A DNA stretch of 45,902 nt from Candidatus Fervidifonticultor quintus. GTDB lineage: Bacteria; Sysuimicrobiota; Sysuimicrobiia; Sysuimicrobiales; Humicultoraceae. The stretch is from contig JAVKIJ010000015.1 in assembly GCA_031459535.1 (NCBI GenBank), positions 1-45,902 of the forward strand, written 5' to 3'. The position numbers were made by a program, and so were the translations under genes. The notes under the pieces are model-generated. The model was not told the origin of the DNA. It saw only the letters and a list, made by a program, of their open reading frames with translations, and ran no database searches. The number at the start of each line of letters is the position of its first letter. The stretch's first letter is position 1. This document shows positions 18,178 to 27,819 of this stretch, one piece after another.

Positions 18178-18524
18178 TCAGGCGACCGGGGTGACCGCGG
18201 CCTCGTCGCGCTCGCCGGTGCGGATCCGGTAGACGCGTTCCACGGGCAGCACGAAGATCTTGCCGTCTCCGACCTCGCCGGTCCCGGCCGATTCCAGAAT
18301 GGCGCGCACGGTGGGCTCGACGAAGTGATCTGAGACGCCGATCTCCAGGCGCACCTTCTCGGAGAGCACCATCTTGACCGTGGTACCGCGGTAGGTCTCC
18401 ACGCGTTCGATCTCCCCGCCGTGCCCCTGAACTCGGGTGATGGTGAGGCCTCGGACTTCTGCCCTGAAGAGCGCCTCCAGGACATGGTTCAGCCGCTCGG
18501 GCCTGACGATGGCGACCACGAGTT

Positions 18525-18528
<4 letters not shown>
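18178..18528 (-). CDS. glnK: P-II nitrogen regulatory protein
   Basis: MKLVVAIVRP, T-loop ETYRG, TGEVGDGKIFVLPVE..RIRTGE; ATGA-coupled to amt. Confidence 0.95.
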
Positions 18529-19823
<1,295 letters not shown>

Positions 19824-19843
19824 GGCCACAGTCACCCCTCTGC

Positions 19844-19876
19844 AAAAGCGAAAGCCCCCACGGTTGGGGGCTTCGC
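19844..19876 (-). terminator. Intrinsic terminator immediately upstream of the amt RBS
   Basis: Minus strand GCGAAGCCCCCA-ACCG-TGGGGGCTTTCGC-TTTT. Confidence 0.8.
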
Positions 19877-19902
19877 GGCCCGGACATCGAGTTATTGGTG
19901 CC

Positions 19903-19919
19903 TCTTATAACGCCTAACA
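19903..19919 (-). promoter_or_regulatory. GlnR/TnrA-like box upstream of amt-glnK
   Basis: TGTTA-GGCGTTA-TAAGA matches TGTNA-N7-TNACA with one mismatch; a perfect TTGACA lies at 19940-19935. Confidence 0.5.
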
Positions 19920-19936
19920 CCGGGGGCCGGCGGCTG

Positions 19937-22900
19937 TCAACTGCCGGAGCCTGTCAGCAAGCCTGCGCCACGCAGCCTGCCGTCCACCTCACGGACGAAC
20001 CGCGCCGCGCCCATGCCCGCGAACAATCCCCGCGCCCGGTCGAAGGCCGCTCGGGCCCGGGGTCGGTCAGCCAACATCAGCAACGCCTCGCCATACCTCA
20101 AGAGAGCCAGGGCCAGATCAATAGGATACTCACGCCTCTCCAGCACCTCGAGGCTCTGCCCGAACAGCGCCTCGGCCGCCTCTCGCCTGCCCTGCGCCGC
20201 CCTGATCTTCCCGAGCGTGGCCCGGTGCGTGGCCTGGGCCACCACGTCGGTCTCGGGCAGCACGTCCAGGGCCCGCTCAGCGTGCTCGGCGGCCGCAAGC
20301 AGGTCACCGCGGGCCAGGTAGAGCTCGGCGAGCGCGCGCAGCACCAGCCCGGACTCGGTGTTCACGCCATGATCGCGGCGCAGTGCCCTGGCCATGAGCA
20401 GCTCCCGCTCCGCCTCGCCCAGGCGACCGACGCGCAGGTAATGCATCCCCAGGCGCAGCCGGGTGTACGCCTCGGCCAGCAAATTGCCCAGATCGTGCCG
20501 GATGCGGATGGCCTCGGTCAGATACCGCACCGCGCCGGCATCGTCGCCGGCCAGGTGCGCATAGATCCCCAGCCCGGTCAGCGCGTAGGCGCTGCTCAGC
20601 GGCTCGTGATGTTTGGTCGCCAGGCGCAGGGCCTCTGTGAGCACCCGGTTGCCCTCCTCGAGCTGGCCGTTGTCGATCAGTGCGCGCCCTAGGCGCGCCA
20701 TGGTCCTGGCCATCCCCTGACCGTCCTGCATCTCGCGGTACAGGTCGAGAGCCTGACGATAGGCGAGGTGGGCTTTGCTGAATTTGCCCCGCAGGTCCTC
20801 GGTGACGAACCCGGCCACCTCCAGCGCCTCGGCTTCGCCTCGGCGGTCGGCCTGCTTCCGAAACAGCTCCAGTGCCCGGCCAATGGCCTCCTCGGCCGGT
20901 TCCAGCCGGCTCCGGTTGTACTCGGCGAACGCCCGGTTCAGCCAGGCGCGCGCCAGCAGGTCGTCCCGTCCGATGGTGGGTGCCAGGCGCAGGATGGTCT
21001 CGGTATCTTCCTCGAGGATCTCCACCGAGAACATCCACTTGGCCACCTCACAACGGTCGGTCAGGACCTGGAGCAGCAACGGGGTGTCATCGGTCAGGCC
21101 GGCATTGCGCAGCACGGCCAGCGCCCGGTCGTAGAGCCGCAGCGCCTCCGGCAGCGCCCGCAGCCGTCGGCCCCGTTCGCCGGCCCGCCGCAAGGCCTCG
21201 ATGGCGGTGCGGGCCAGGGCCTCGTCGTGCTCGCCGGCGTCGAACCGATACCGCCACGCCTGCTCGTAGTGGTAGGCGAGAATCTCGAGGAACTCCTCAT
21301 CGGTGCCGCTCGCAGCCTCCAGCCAGCGGGCGAACCGGAGGTGTTTGGCGCTCCGATCGCTCTTGGGCAGCGTGCCGTAGGCCACCTCGCGGATCAGCGT
21401 GTGCGTGAACGTGAACTCCCGCTCTCCGGCCAGTGACGACGCCGGCCGCTCCTCGATGACCTCGCGCTCCTGCAGCCGGTCCAACGCGGCACTCACCTCC
21501 GCTGGGTGCAGCCCGCCCACCGCCAGCAGCGCGCTCAGCCAGAACCGGCGGCCCACGAGCGAAGCATCCTGGGCGACCCGCTTCTCGAGCGCCGTGAGCA
21601 GGTCGAGGCGGGAAGTGAGCAGCCCCGTGATCGTGTCAGGGATGCGGATCTCAAGCGGGTGCTCGGCCCACCGCCAGCCATCGCCACCCCGCACCAGGCT
21701 GCCGCCGTCGATCAGCATCCGCAGGATCTCCTCGATGAAGAACGGGTTCCCCTCGGCTTTGGCAAGAATCGCCGCGCGCACATCCGTCGGGACCATCTCG
21801 CCATGCAACAGATCGCTGATCAGGCGGTCACCCATCGCCTCGGGCAACGGCCCCAGCGACACCGCGGTGTAGTTGCGCACCCGAGCGCCCCACTGAGGAT
21901 AGCGCTCGAGGAGATCGGGCCTGGCCAGGCAGAGGATCAGCAGCGGCGCGTCGCCGATGCGGATGGCCAGGTACTCGACGAGATCCAGCAAGCTCTGCTC
22001 CGCCCAGTGGAGGTCCTCAAAGACCAACACGAGCGGCCGGGCGGCGGCCTCATCGCAGATGAAAGCGCGCAGCGACCGCGCCAGCGCGCCCTCCGCAGCC
22101 TCGGGCGCGCCGAGCGCAGTGAGGCTCTCCCTCGCGCCCGAGCGCGTTTCAGCGACCCGCCGAAGCGGCTGCAGCCGCTGGTTCCAGACCTCCTCGGCTC
22201 CAGGAACCTCCACGCCGAGCACCGGCGCCAGGCCGGCCACAACCGCATCGCAGTCCTCGGATGCGAGCCGTGACCCGCAGACGCCGTAGACCCGCTCCCG
22301 CAGCTTGGCCACGACCTCCAGGGCAGGGTCGTCGTCCCTGATCCCACACGCCTGCTTGAGCATCTCCGCGATCGGCCAGTAGGTGAGCCCCTCACCGTAC
22401 GCCGGACAGCGCCCTCGCAGGACCTGCGGCTCGTCGGCCTCCCCGCCCAACGCCGCGAGGAACTCCTCAGCCAGGCGGCTCTTCCCCACGCCGGCCGGTC
22501 CCACGATCGTCAGCAGGTGTGGCCGTCGGCTGTCCGCGACGCGCCGGTAGAGGGCCTGGAGGAACACCATCTCGCCTTCCCGGCCGAGCATTGGTGCCCG
22601 CAGCCGCTTCGCTTTGGGGCGATCGGCGAGGCCGCCGACCTCCCACCACGCCCGACCCGCGAAGTCGCCATCGAGCGGCGTCGGAAGCGGTCGGCCAGCA
22701 ACGACGTGCCGTACGGCCTCGTACGTGCGCGCGTCCACGACGATCGTGTTGGGGGCGGCCCGCTGCTGCAGCCGCGCGGCCAGGTTGACCGCCTCGCCGG
22801 TCGCCATGAACTGCCCGGCCCCGACTGCTGCGGCATCGGCGATGACTTCCCCGGTGGCGATCCCGATGCGCAGGGCCAGGTCGGCGCGCAGCCGAGCATT

Positions 22901-23332
22901 CAGAGCCACCATGCGCTCCCTCATGGCCAGCGCGGCGCGTACGGCCCGTTCGGGATCGTCCTCGTGCGCGACCGGCAGCCCGAACAGCGCCATCACCGCA
23001 TCACCGATGAACTTCTCGACGACGCCGCTGTGACGCTCGACCTCGCCGCGCATGTCGGCGAAGTAGTCGGTGATGATGGCGCGCGTCTTCTCCGCGTCCA
23101 GCCGCACGACCATGGGGGTGGAGCCCACGAGGTCGGCGAACAGTACCGTGACCACGCGCCGCTCGGTCGCGGCCTCTGCTGTCAGCGGAGTACCGCAGCC
23201 GAGGCAGAAGTGGGCGTCCAGTGGGTTCTCGGTGCCGCAGTTCGTGCACCGCCGGGTGAGCGATGCGCCACAGCGCATGCAGAACCTAGCGTCGGCTGGG
23301 TTCTCGGTGCCGCACTGCGAACAGGGGATCAC
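19937..23332 (-). CDS. Double zinc-ribbon / class III nucleotidyl cyclase / AAA (STAND) ATPase / TPR protein
   Basis: Four CxxC at the N-terminus; VLFADLVGST, EKFIGDAVM, GEAVNLAARL; Walker A GPAGVGKS; VFEDLHWAE; AEGNPFFIEE; C-terminal helical repeats. Confidence 0.93.
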   Translation of the reverse strand: MIPCSQCGTENPADARFCMRCGASLTRRCTNCGTENPLDAHFCLGCGTPLTAEAATERRVVTVLFADLVGSTPMVVRLDAEKTRAIITDYFADMRGEVERHSGVVEKFIGDAVMALFGLPVAHEDDPERAVRAALAMRERMVALNARLRADLALRIGIATGEVIADAAAVGAGQFMATGEAVNLAARLQQRAAPNTIVVDARTYEAVRHVVAGRPLPTPLDGDFAGRAWWEVGGLADRPKAKRLRAPMLGREGEMVFLQALYRRVADSRRPHLLTIVGPAGVGKSRLAEEFLAALGGEADEPQVLRGRCPAYGEGLTYWPIAEMLKQACGIRDDDPALEVVAKLRERVYGVCGSRLASEDCDAVVAGLAPVLGVEVPGAEEVWNQRLQPLRRVAETRSGARESLTALGAPEAAEGALARSLRAFICDEAAARPLVLVFEDLHWAEQSLLDLVEYLAIRIGDAPLLILCLARPDLLERYPQWGARVRNYTAVSLGPLPEAMGDRLISDLLHGEMVPTDVRAAILAKAEGNPFFIEEILRMLIDGGSLVRGGDGWRWAEHPLEIRIPDTITGLLTSRLDLLTALEKRVAQDASLVGRRFWLSALLAVGGLHPAEVSAALDRLQEREVIEERPASSLAGEREFTFTHTLIREVAYGTLPKSDRSAKHLRFARWLEAASGTDEEFLEILAYHYEQAWRYRFDAGEHDEALARTAIEALRRAGERGRRLRALPEALRLYDRALAVLRNAGLTDDTPLLLQVLTDRCEVAKWMFSVEILEEDTETILRLAPTIGRDDLLARAWLNRAFAEYNRSRLEPAEEAIGRALELFRKQADRRGEAEALEVAGFVTEDLRGKFSKAHLAYRQALDLYREMQDGQGMARTMARLGRALIDNGQLEEGNRVLTEALRLATKHHEPLSSAYALTGLGIYAHLAGDDAGAVRYLTEAIRIRHDLGNLLAEAYTRLRLGMHYLRVGRLGEAERELLMARALRRDHGVNTESGLVLRALAELYLARGDLLAAAEHAERALDVLPETDVVAQATHRATLGKIRAAQGRREAAEALFGQSLEVLERREYPIDLALALLRYGEALLMLADRPRARAAFDRARGLFAGMGAARFVREVDGRLRGAGLLTGSGS

Positions 23333-24690
23333 TCACCTAGGGTAACACGGAGCTGCACCCTGAAAGAAGCGAACACCCCGCGCAGCGCTGCGGGTATCGC
23401 CGGGCCGCGGGCACCAAGGAACAGCCAGACGGCGCCCAGGGTGATCAGGCCGACTGTCAGCGCGGACCCCAGCACCACGAGCACAGTGCGGTGGAACGCC
23501 CGGCCCCCAAGCCATGAGGCGTAGACGGCCTTGGCCAGCGTATTCGAAGCGACAGCCAGGGCGATCGCGTAGCCAGCCGCAGATGGGGTCAGCACCGATG
23601 GGGCCATCCCGGCCAGGGTCAGCGTGATCGCATCGACGTCCGTGAGGCCAGCGACGACCGCGGCCGCCACCACCCCCCAGGCGCCGAGGTAGCGGGACGC
23701 GGCGGCAACCGCGAGCTGCACGAGCCCGTACACCACCGCAAACCGGATCGCCTGCTCCAGGCGGAACGGGTTGGTCACACCCGGTGCGGCGCTTGGCCCT
23801 GTCGGCGTGCGGCGCGGCGCAGCCGCCACCGCAGTGCCGCCGCCAAGGAGAGCTGCCAGCAGGAACGGCCCCAGGTGGGGCAACACCTCCGGGCCTGCCA
23901 GCGCGGCCAGGATCGCCACGCGCACCAGCATCACCAGGGAGGCCAGCCCCGCGGCCACCCCAAGCGCCGCCGCCTGCGCCGGCTCCTCGCGGGAGCGGCT
24001 CGCGAACGACACTGTGGCGGCCGTGCTCGAGACCAACCCGCCAAGGATCCCGCTGACGAACAGGCCGCGCGCATGCCCCCAGACCCGCATGGCCACGAAC
24101 GCCGCGAACGAGAGCGCGCAGACGATCACCACCATCCCCCAGAGGTGCCGGGGATTCCAGACGCCCCAGGGACCGTAGCGCGCATCGGGCAAGACGGGCA
24201 GGATCACGGCTGCGATGACGGCCAGCACCAGGGCCGCGGTCAGCTCCTCGGCGGTGAGCGCCCGGGTGAAGGCCTCGAGCCGTGCCTTGGACGCCAGCAG
24301 CACGGCCATGCCGATGCCCAGGGCACCCGCAAGCAGCAGTGCCCCACCGCCGGCCAACACGCCCACCCAGTAGGTGAGGAGCGCAGCGGTCTCGGTCGTC
24401 GCGCCCACGGCGCCCTCCACGCTCGTTCGGAGGTAGGACGCGACCACGAGCGCCGCAACGGCCGCGAACCCCGAGACGACGGCTGCGCCGACCTGTCCGC
24501 TGACCAGCGCCAGGACGGCGCCGAGCAGGGCGAAGAGCGGGAAGGTGCGCACCCCGGCGAACTGCTCCCGCGCGCCCCGGCCCTCGGCGCGCTCGCGCTC
24601 GACGCCGATCAGGCCGCCCAGCAGCGCCGCCACGAGCAGGCGCATCAGGGCCACGTGAGGGCGCGCGATGGGATCTATGGCATCGAGCAC
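23329..24690 (-). CDS. MgtC/SapB-family membrane protein with DUF4010-like domain
   Basis: LLGGLIGVERE, FAGVRTFPL, GATTETA, GGLVSSTAAT, NPFRL, AGLTDVDAITL, ASNTLAK. Confidence 0.85.
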   Translation of the reverse strand: MLDAIDPIARPHVALMRLLVAALLGGLIGVERERAEGRGAREQFAGVRTFPLFALLGAVLALVSGQVGAAVVSGFAAVAALVVASYLRTSVEGAVGATTETAALLTYWVGVLAGGGALLLAGALGIGMAVLLASKARLEAFTRALTAEELTAALVLAVIAAVILPVLPDARYGPWGVWNPRHLWGMVVIVCALSFAAFVAMRVWGHARGLFVSGILGGLVSSTAATVSFASRSREEPAQAAALGVAAGLASLVMLVRVAILAALAGPEVLPHLGPFLLAALLGGGTAVAAAPRRTPTGPSAAPGVTNPFRLEQAIRFAVVYGLVQLAVAAASRYLGAWGVVAAAVVAGLTDVDAITLTLAGMAPSVLTPSAAGYAIALAVASNTLAKAVYASWLGGRAFHRTVLVVLGSALTVGLITLGAVWLFLGARGPAIPAALRGVFASFRVQLRVTLGE

Positions 24691-24726
24691 GGCTGTACTC
24701 GCCTCTGAGTCCTCAGCCGAATGGGG

Positions 24727-26310
24727 TCAGGGCACGCGGGCCATCCAGACGTTCCAGTGGAAGGTCCCGGGGCCTGCCACGACTCCGCGGAGTTCGCCGC
24801 GGCGCAGCTGCAGCGGGAACCAGTCGCCCAGCCGCACCGCCACCGCCTCCTGGTAGAACCGCCGCTGCGCACGCGCCCAGATCTGGGCCCGCACTCCTGG
24901 ATCGGCGTGCCGCCAGAGCAGCCGCAGGTAGGCCCCCATCTCCCGATCCTGGTACCACCCCGGCCAGCCGGGAGACAGCGGCAGCAGAAACACCGGATCG
25001 GGCACGAAGCCGAAGGTGGTGGTAAAGACATCCCACCCCTCCGGCCGGGCGCGGCGACTGACCAGCGTGGCCCAATCCGTCACTTGCAGGTCCACGACCA
25101 GCCCCACGGCCTCCAGTTGCGCTCGGGCAATGGTCGCAGCCGCAAGATGGTGGGGCATCTCGCCACTGACCAGCCAGCGCACCGGCTGGCCGCGATAGCC
25201 GGCCTCCGCCAGCAGTCGGCGGGCCTGCGCCGGATCGCGCTGCCGGTAGATCTCGGCGCCGGCGTCGGTCCACAACGGATGCCCGCGCGGGAAGAACGAT
25301 GCGGTGGCGCGCCAGAACTCCCTGGGACCGTAGGTGCCGCGCAGGATCGCCTCTTCGTCGATCGCCGCGACGATGGCTCGTCGCAATGCGCGGTCCGCGG
25401 TCATCGGCGATCGGTGGTTGAACATGAATCCCGCCCACTGCGGCGTGGTGATGACCAGGGGGAGCGCCGCACGTCCTCCTCGAAGCCTCGGGTACTCGTC
25501 GGTGGGAATCGAGTGGGCAAAGTGATAATCGCCTCGGAGGACCCCGGCGATCCGGACCGAGGCGTCCGGGACCGGGAGGAACTCGATCGCGTCCAGGTAG
25601 GGCTCGCGCCGGCCCGCCATGCCGTCAGGCGGGTCGTCGCGCGGCCGGTACCGCTCGAACCGCTCCAGCCGGATGCGCACGTCTGCGACGTGCTCGACAA
25701 ACCGGTACGGCCCGGTGCCGATCAGGCGGCGGATCTGGCCACCGCCGGCCTCGTCGATGACCTCGCGGGGATAGATCACCGCACCCTGGCTGGGAATGGC
25801 CAGGGCCAGGGGCACCAGGCCATTGGGTTCGCGCAGCCGCATCTCGACCGTGGAGGCGTCTCGGGCCACCACGCGCTCGACGTCCCGGAACAACTCGCGA
25901 CCCCTCGCCGCCACACGCCCCCACCGCTGCAGCGACGCCACCACGTCATCCGCGGTCATCTCCCGTCCGTGATGGAACAGGACCCCGCGCCTCAGCTCGA
26001 ACGTATACGTGCGGCGGTCGGACGAGCGCGTCCACCGATCGACCAGCATCGGCCGGGCCTCGTAGCCGCCCGACAAGGCGAACAGCCCCTCGAAGATGTG
26101 AATGGCGACATCCTGGGTGGGGGCGCCCGAGGACCAGTGCAGATCTATGGTGGGCGGTTCGCCGGTGTGGGCGACTCGCAGCACCCCGCCGCGGACCGGC
26201 GACTCCGCCCACGCGGCGGGCGCGGCTCCCGCGGGCAGGTCGGGGCCCCACCCACCGAGCACGAGCGCCGCGGCCGTCACCAGGGCGGCCCGCCCGAGGC
26301 ACCTAGACAT
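24727..26310 (-). CDS. ABC substrate-binding protein, family 5 (peptide/nickel-like)
   Basis: GGVLRVA, YTFELRRGVLFHHGREMTADDVVASLQRW, IGTGPYRF; ATG 26310 overlaps the archease stop. Confidence 0.9.
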   Translation of the reverse strand: MSRCLGRAALVTAAALVLGGWGPDLPAGAAPAAWAESPVRGGVLRVAHTGEPPTIDLHWSSGAPTQDVAIHIFEGLFALSGGYEARPMLVDRWTRSSDRRTYTFELRRGVLFHHGREMTADDVVASLQRWGRVAARGRELFRDVERVVARDASTVEMRLREPNGLVPLALAIPSQGAVIYPREVIDEAGGGQIRRLIGTGPYRFVEHVADVRIRLERFERYRPRDDPPDGMAGRREPYLDAIEFLPVPDASVRIAGVLRGDYHFAHSIPTDEYPRLRGGRAALPLVITTPQWAGFMFNHRSPMTADRALRRAIVAAIDEEAILRGTYGPREFWRATASFFPRGHPLWTDAGAEIYRQRDPAQARRLLAEAGYRGQPVRWLVSGEMPHHLAAATIARAQLEAVGLVVDLQVTDWATLVSRRARPEGWDVFTTTFGFVPDPVFLLPLSPGWPGWYQDREMGAYLRLLWRHADPGVRAQIWARAQRRFYQEAVAVRLGDWFPLQLRRGELRGVVAGPGTFHWNVWMARVP

Positions 26311-26719
26311 CGAAGATGATCCGTGCCGTCCAGCCGTCGTCCTGCCTGGTGACCTGGAGCTGATGGTAGGTGGCGGCCTTGACATCGAGCCGGAAGCGGT
26401 GGCGGCTCGGGTCGACCGGCTCCCCGTGGATCGTCGCCCGCACGCGGCGCTCGCTCACCTCATCCACGACGAACACCCTCGGTACGAACGCCTCGGCGGC
26501 CAGCAGCGTCAGCAGGTCGTTGAGCCAGGCCACCAGCAGGCCCTCGAGGTCTTCGGCTTCCACGCGCCGCTCCAGCCACGCCCGATTCTCCACACCCGCA
26601 GGATCCACGATGAACGAGAACATCCCTTCGGCCGCGGTCTCGAACAGATCGGGCAGCGTGGCGGCGCGCACCACGATCCCCACATCGGCGGTGTGATCAA
26701 TGACCTCGTAGGTTCCCAC
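26303..26719 (-). CDS. Archease
   Basis: YEVIDHTAD at the N-terminus, LLVAWLNDLL, VKAATYH, and C-terminal IIFDV. Confidence 0.93.
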   Translation of the reverse strand: MGTYEVIDHTADVGIVVRAATLPDLFETAAEGMFSFIVDPAGVENRAWLERRVEAEDLEGLLVAWLNDLLTLLAAEAFVPRVFVVDEVSERRVRATIHGEPVDPSRHRFRLDVKAATYHQLQVTRQDDGWTARIIFDV

Positions 26720-26726
26720 GTGACGC

Positions 26727-26733
26727 TATAATA
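26727..26733. promoter_or_regulatory. Overlapping divergent -10 elements (TATAAT on +, TATTAT on -)
   Basis: Only AT-rich patch in the 32-bp gap between the archease and selD starts. Confidence 0.55.
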
Positions 26734-26751
26734 CCCCGGGGAGGTGGGGCC

Positions 26752-27801
26752 TTGACTGACCGGGAGCGCATCCGGCTCACGTCCATGGTCGCCTGCGCCG
26801 GCTGAGCGTCCAAGCTGTCGCCCGGCGACTTGGCGTACGTGTTGCGCCGTCTTCCACAACCCAGCGACCCGAACCTGCTGCTCGGGCTCGGAACCGACGA
26901 TGACGCGGCCATCTACCGCCTTACGGACGAGCTGGCCATCATCCAGACGGTGGACGTGTTCACGCCGGTGGTGGACGACCCCTACCAGTACGGCGTCATC
27001 GCCGCCGCCAACGCTCTCTCCGACATCTACGCCAAGGGCGGCCGGCCGGTGCTGGCCCTCAATGTGGCCGCCTTCCCGCGGAAGCTATCGCTCGACATCC
27101 TCGGGGACATCCTGGCCGGCGGCGCAGACAAGGCGAAGGAGGCGGGGGTGCTGATCGTCGGCGGACACTCGATCGACGATCCCGAGCCCAAGTACGGCCT
27201 GGCCGTCACCGGCTTCGTCCATCCCGCCAGGTTCGTGGCCAACCGCGGCGCGCGACCGGGCGACGTGATCTACCTGACCAAGCCCATCGGCATCGGGGTC
27301 GTGACGACCGGGATCAAGCAGGAGAAGACCGTCGATGCGCTGGCCGCGGAGGCGATCCGTGTCATGAGCATCCTCAACCGGGCGGCCTCGGAAGCCATGA
27401 TGGAGGTTGGCGTCCACGCGGCGACCGACGTGACAGGATACGGGCTGCTCGGGCACCTCCATGAGATGGTGCTGGGCGACGCGGTCACCGCGCGGGTCTG
27501 GGCCGGTGCGGTGCCGGTGCTGGCTGGCGCGCGGGAGCTGGCCGGGCAGGGCGCGGTCGCCGGCGGCACCGCCCGCAACCTGGAGTGGCTGCGGGACAAG
27601 GTCCGCTGGGCGCCGGGCATTGACGAAGTCACGCAGATCCTCCTGGCCGACGCACAGACCTCGGGCGGGCTGCTGCTGGCGGTGCCGCCGGACCGCACCG
27701 GCGCCCTCGAGACCGCCCTCCGGCGCCGGGAGGTGGAGACCATCGCGCGGGTCGGTCAGTTCCTGCCCCGCACTACGGTCGCCATCGAGGTCGTCGAGTA
27801 A
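26752..27801 (+). CDS. selD: Selenide, water dikinase containing selenocysteine (UGA at 26803-26805, codon 18)
   Basis: TTG start after a GGAGGT RBS gives MTDRERIRLTSMVACAG-U-ASKLSPGDL, in frame with the ORF at 26830; DDAA, QTVDVFTPVVDDP, ANALSDIYA, TDVTGYGLLGH, DAQTSGGLL. Confidence 0.95.
26806..26836 (+). promoter_or_regulatory. Candidate bacterial SECIS hairpin
   Basis: Immediately 3' of UGA: CCAA(GCT)GTCGC-CCG-GCGAC-TTGG, extendable by GCG/CGT. Confidence 0.6.
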
Positions 27802-27819
27802 GGCGCCCCCGGCCTCGCA

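Noticed and set aside
19877-19920. ANTAR dual hairpin or glutamine riboswitch in the amt leader
   Set aside because: I could not find two hexaloops with A1/G4 or the glnA-motif consensus; kept only as an unexplained attenuator.
19937-24690. Pycsar/CBASS/Avs anti-phage system
   Set aside because: The architecture matches the widespread zinc-ribbon/cyclase/AAA/TPR family; no cNMP-binding, TIR, nuclease or other effector, and no defence-island context.
26803-26805. selD as a pseudogene with a premature stop
   Set aside because: The TGA falls exactly at the catalytic Cys/Sec position and is followed by a hairpin; the rest of the gene is intact.
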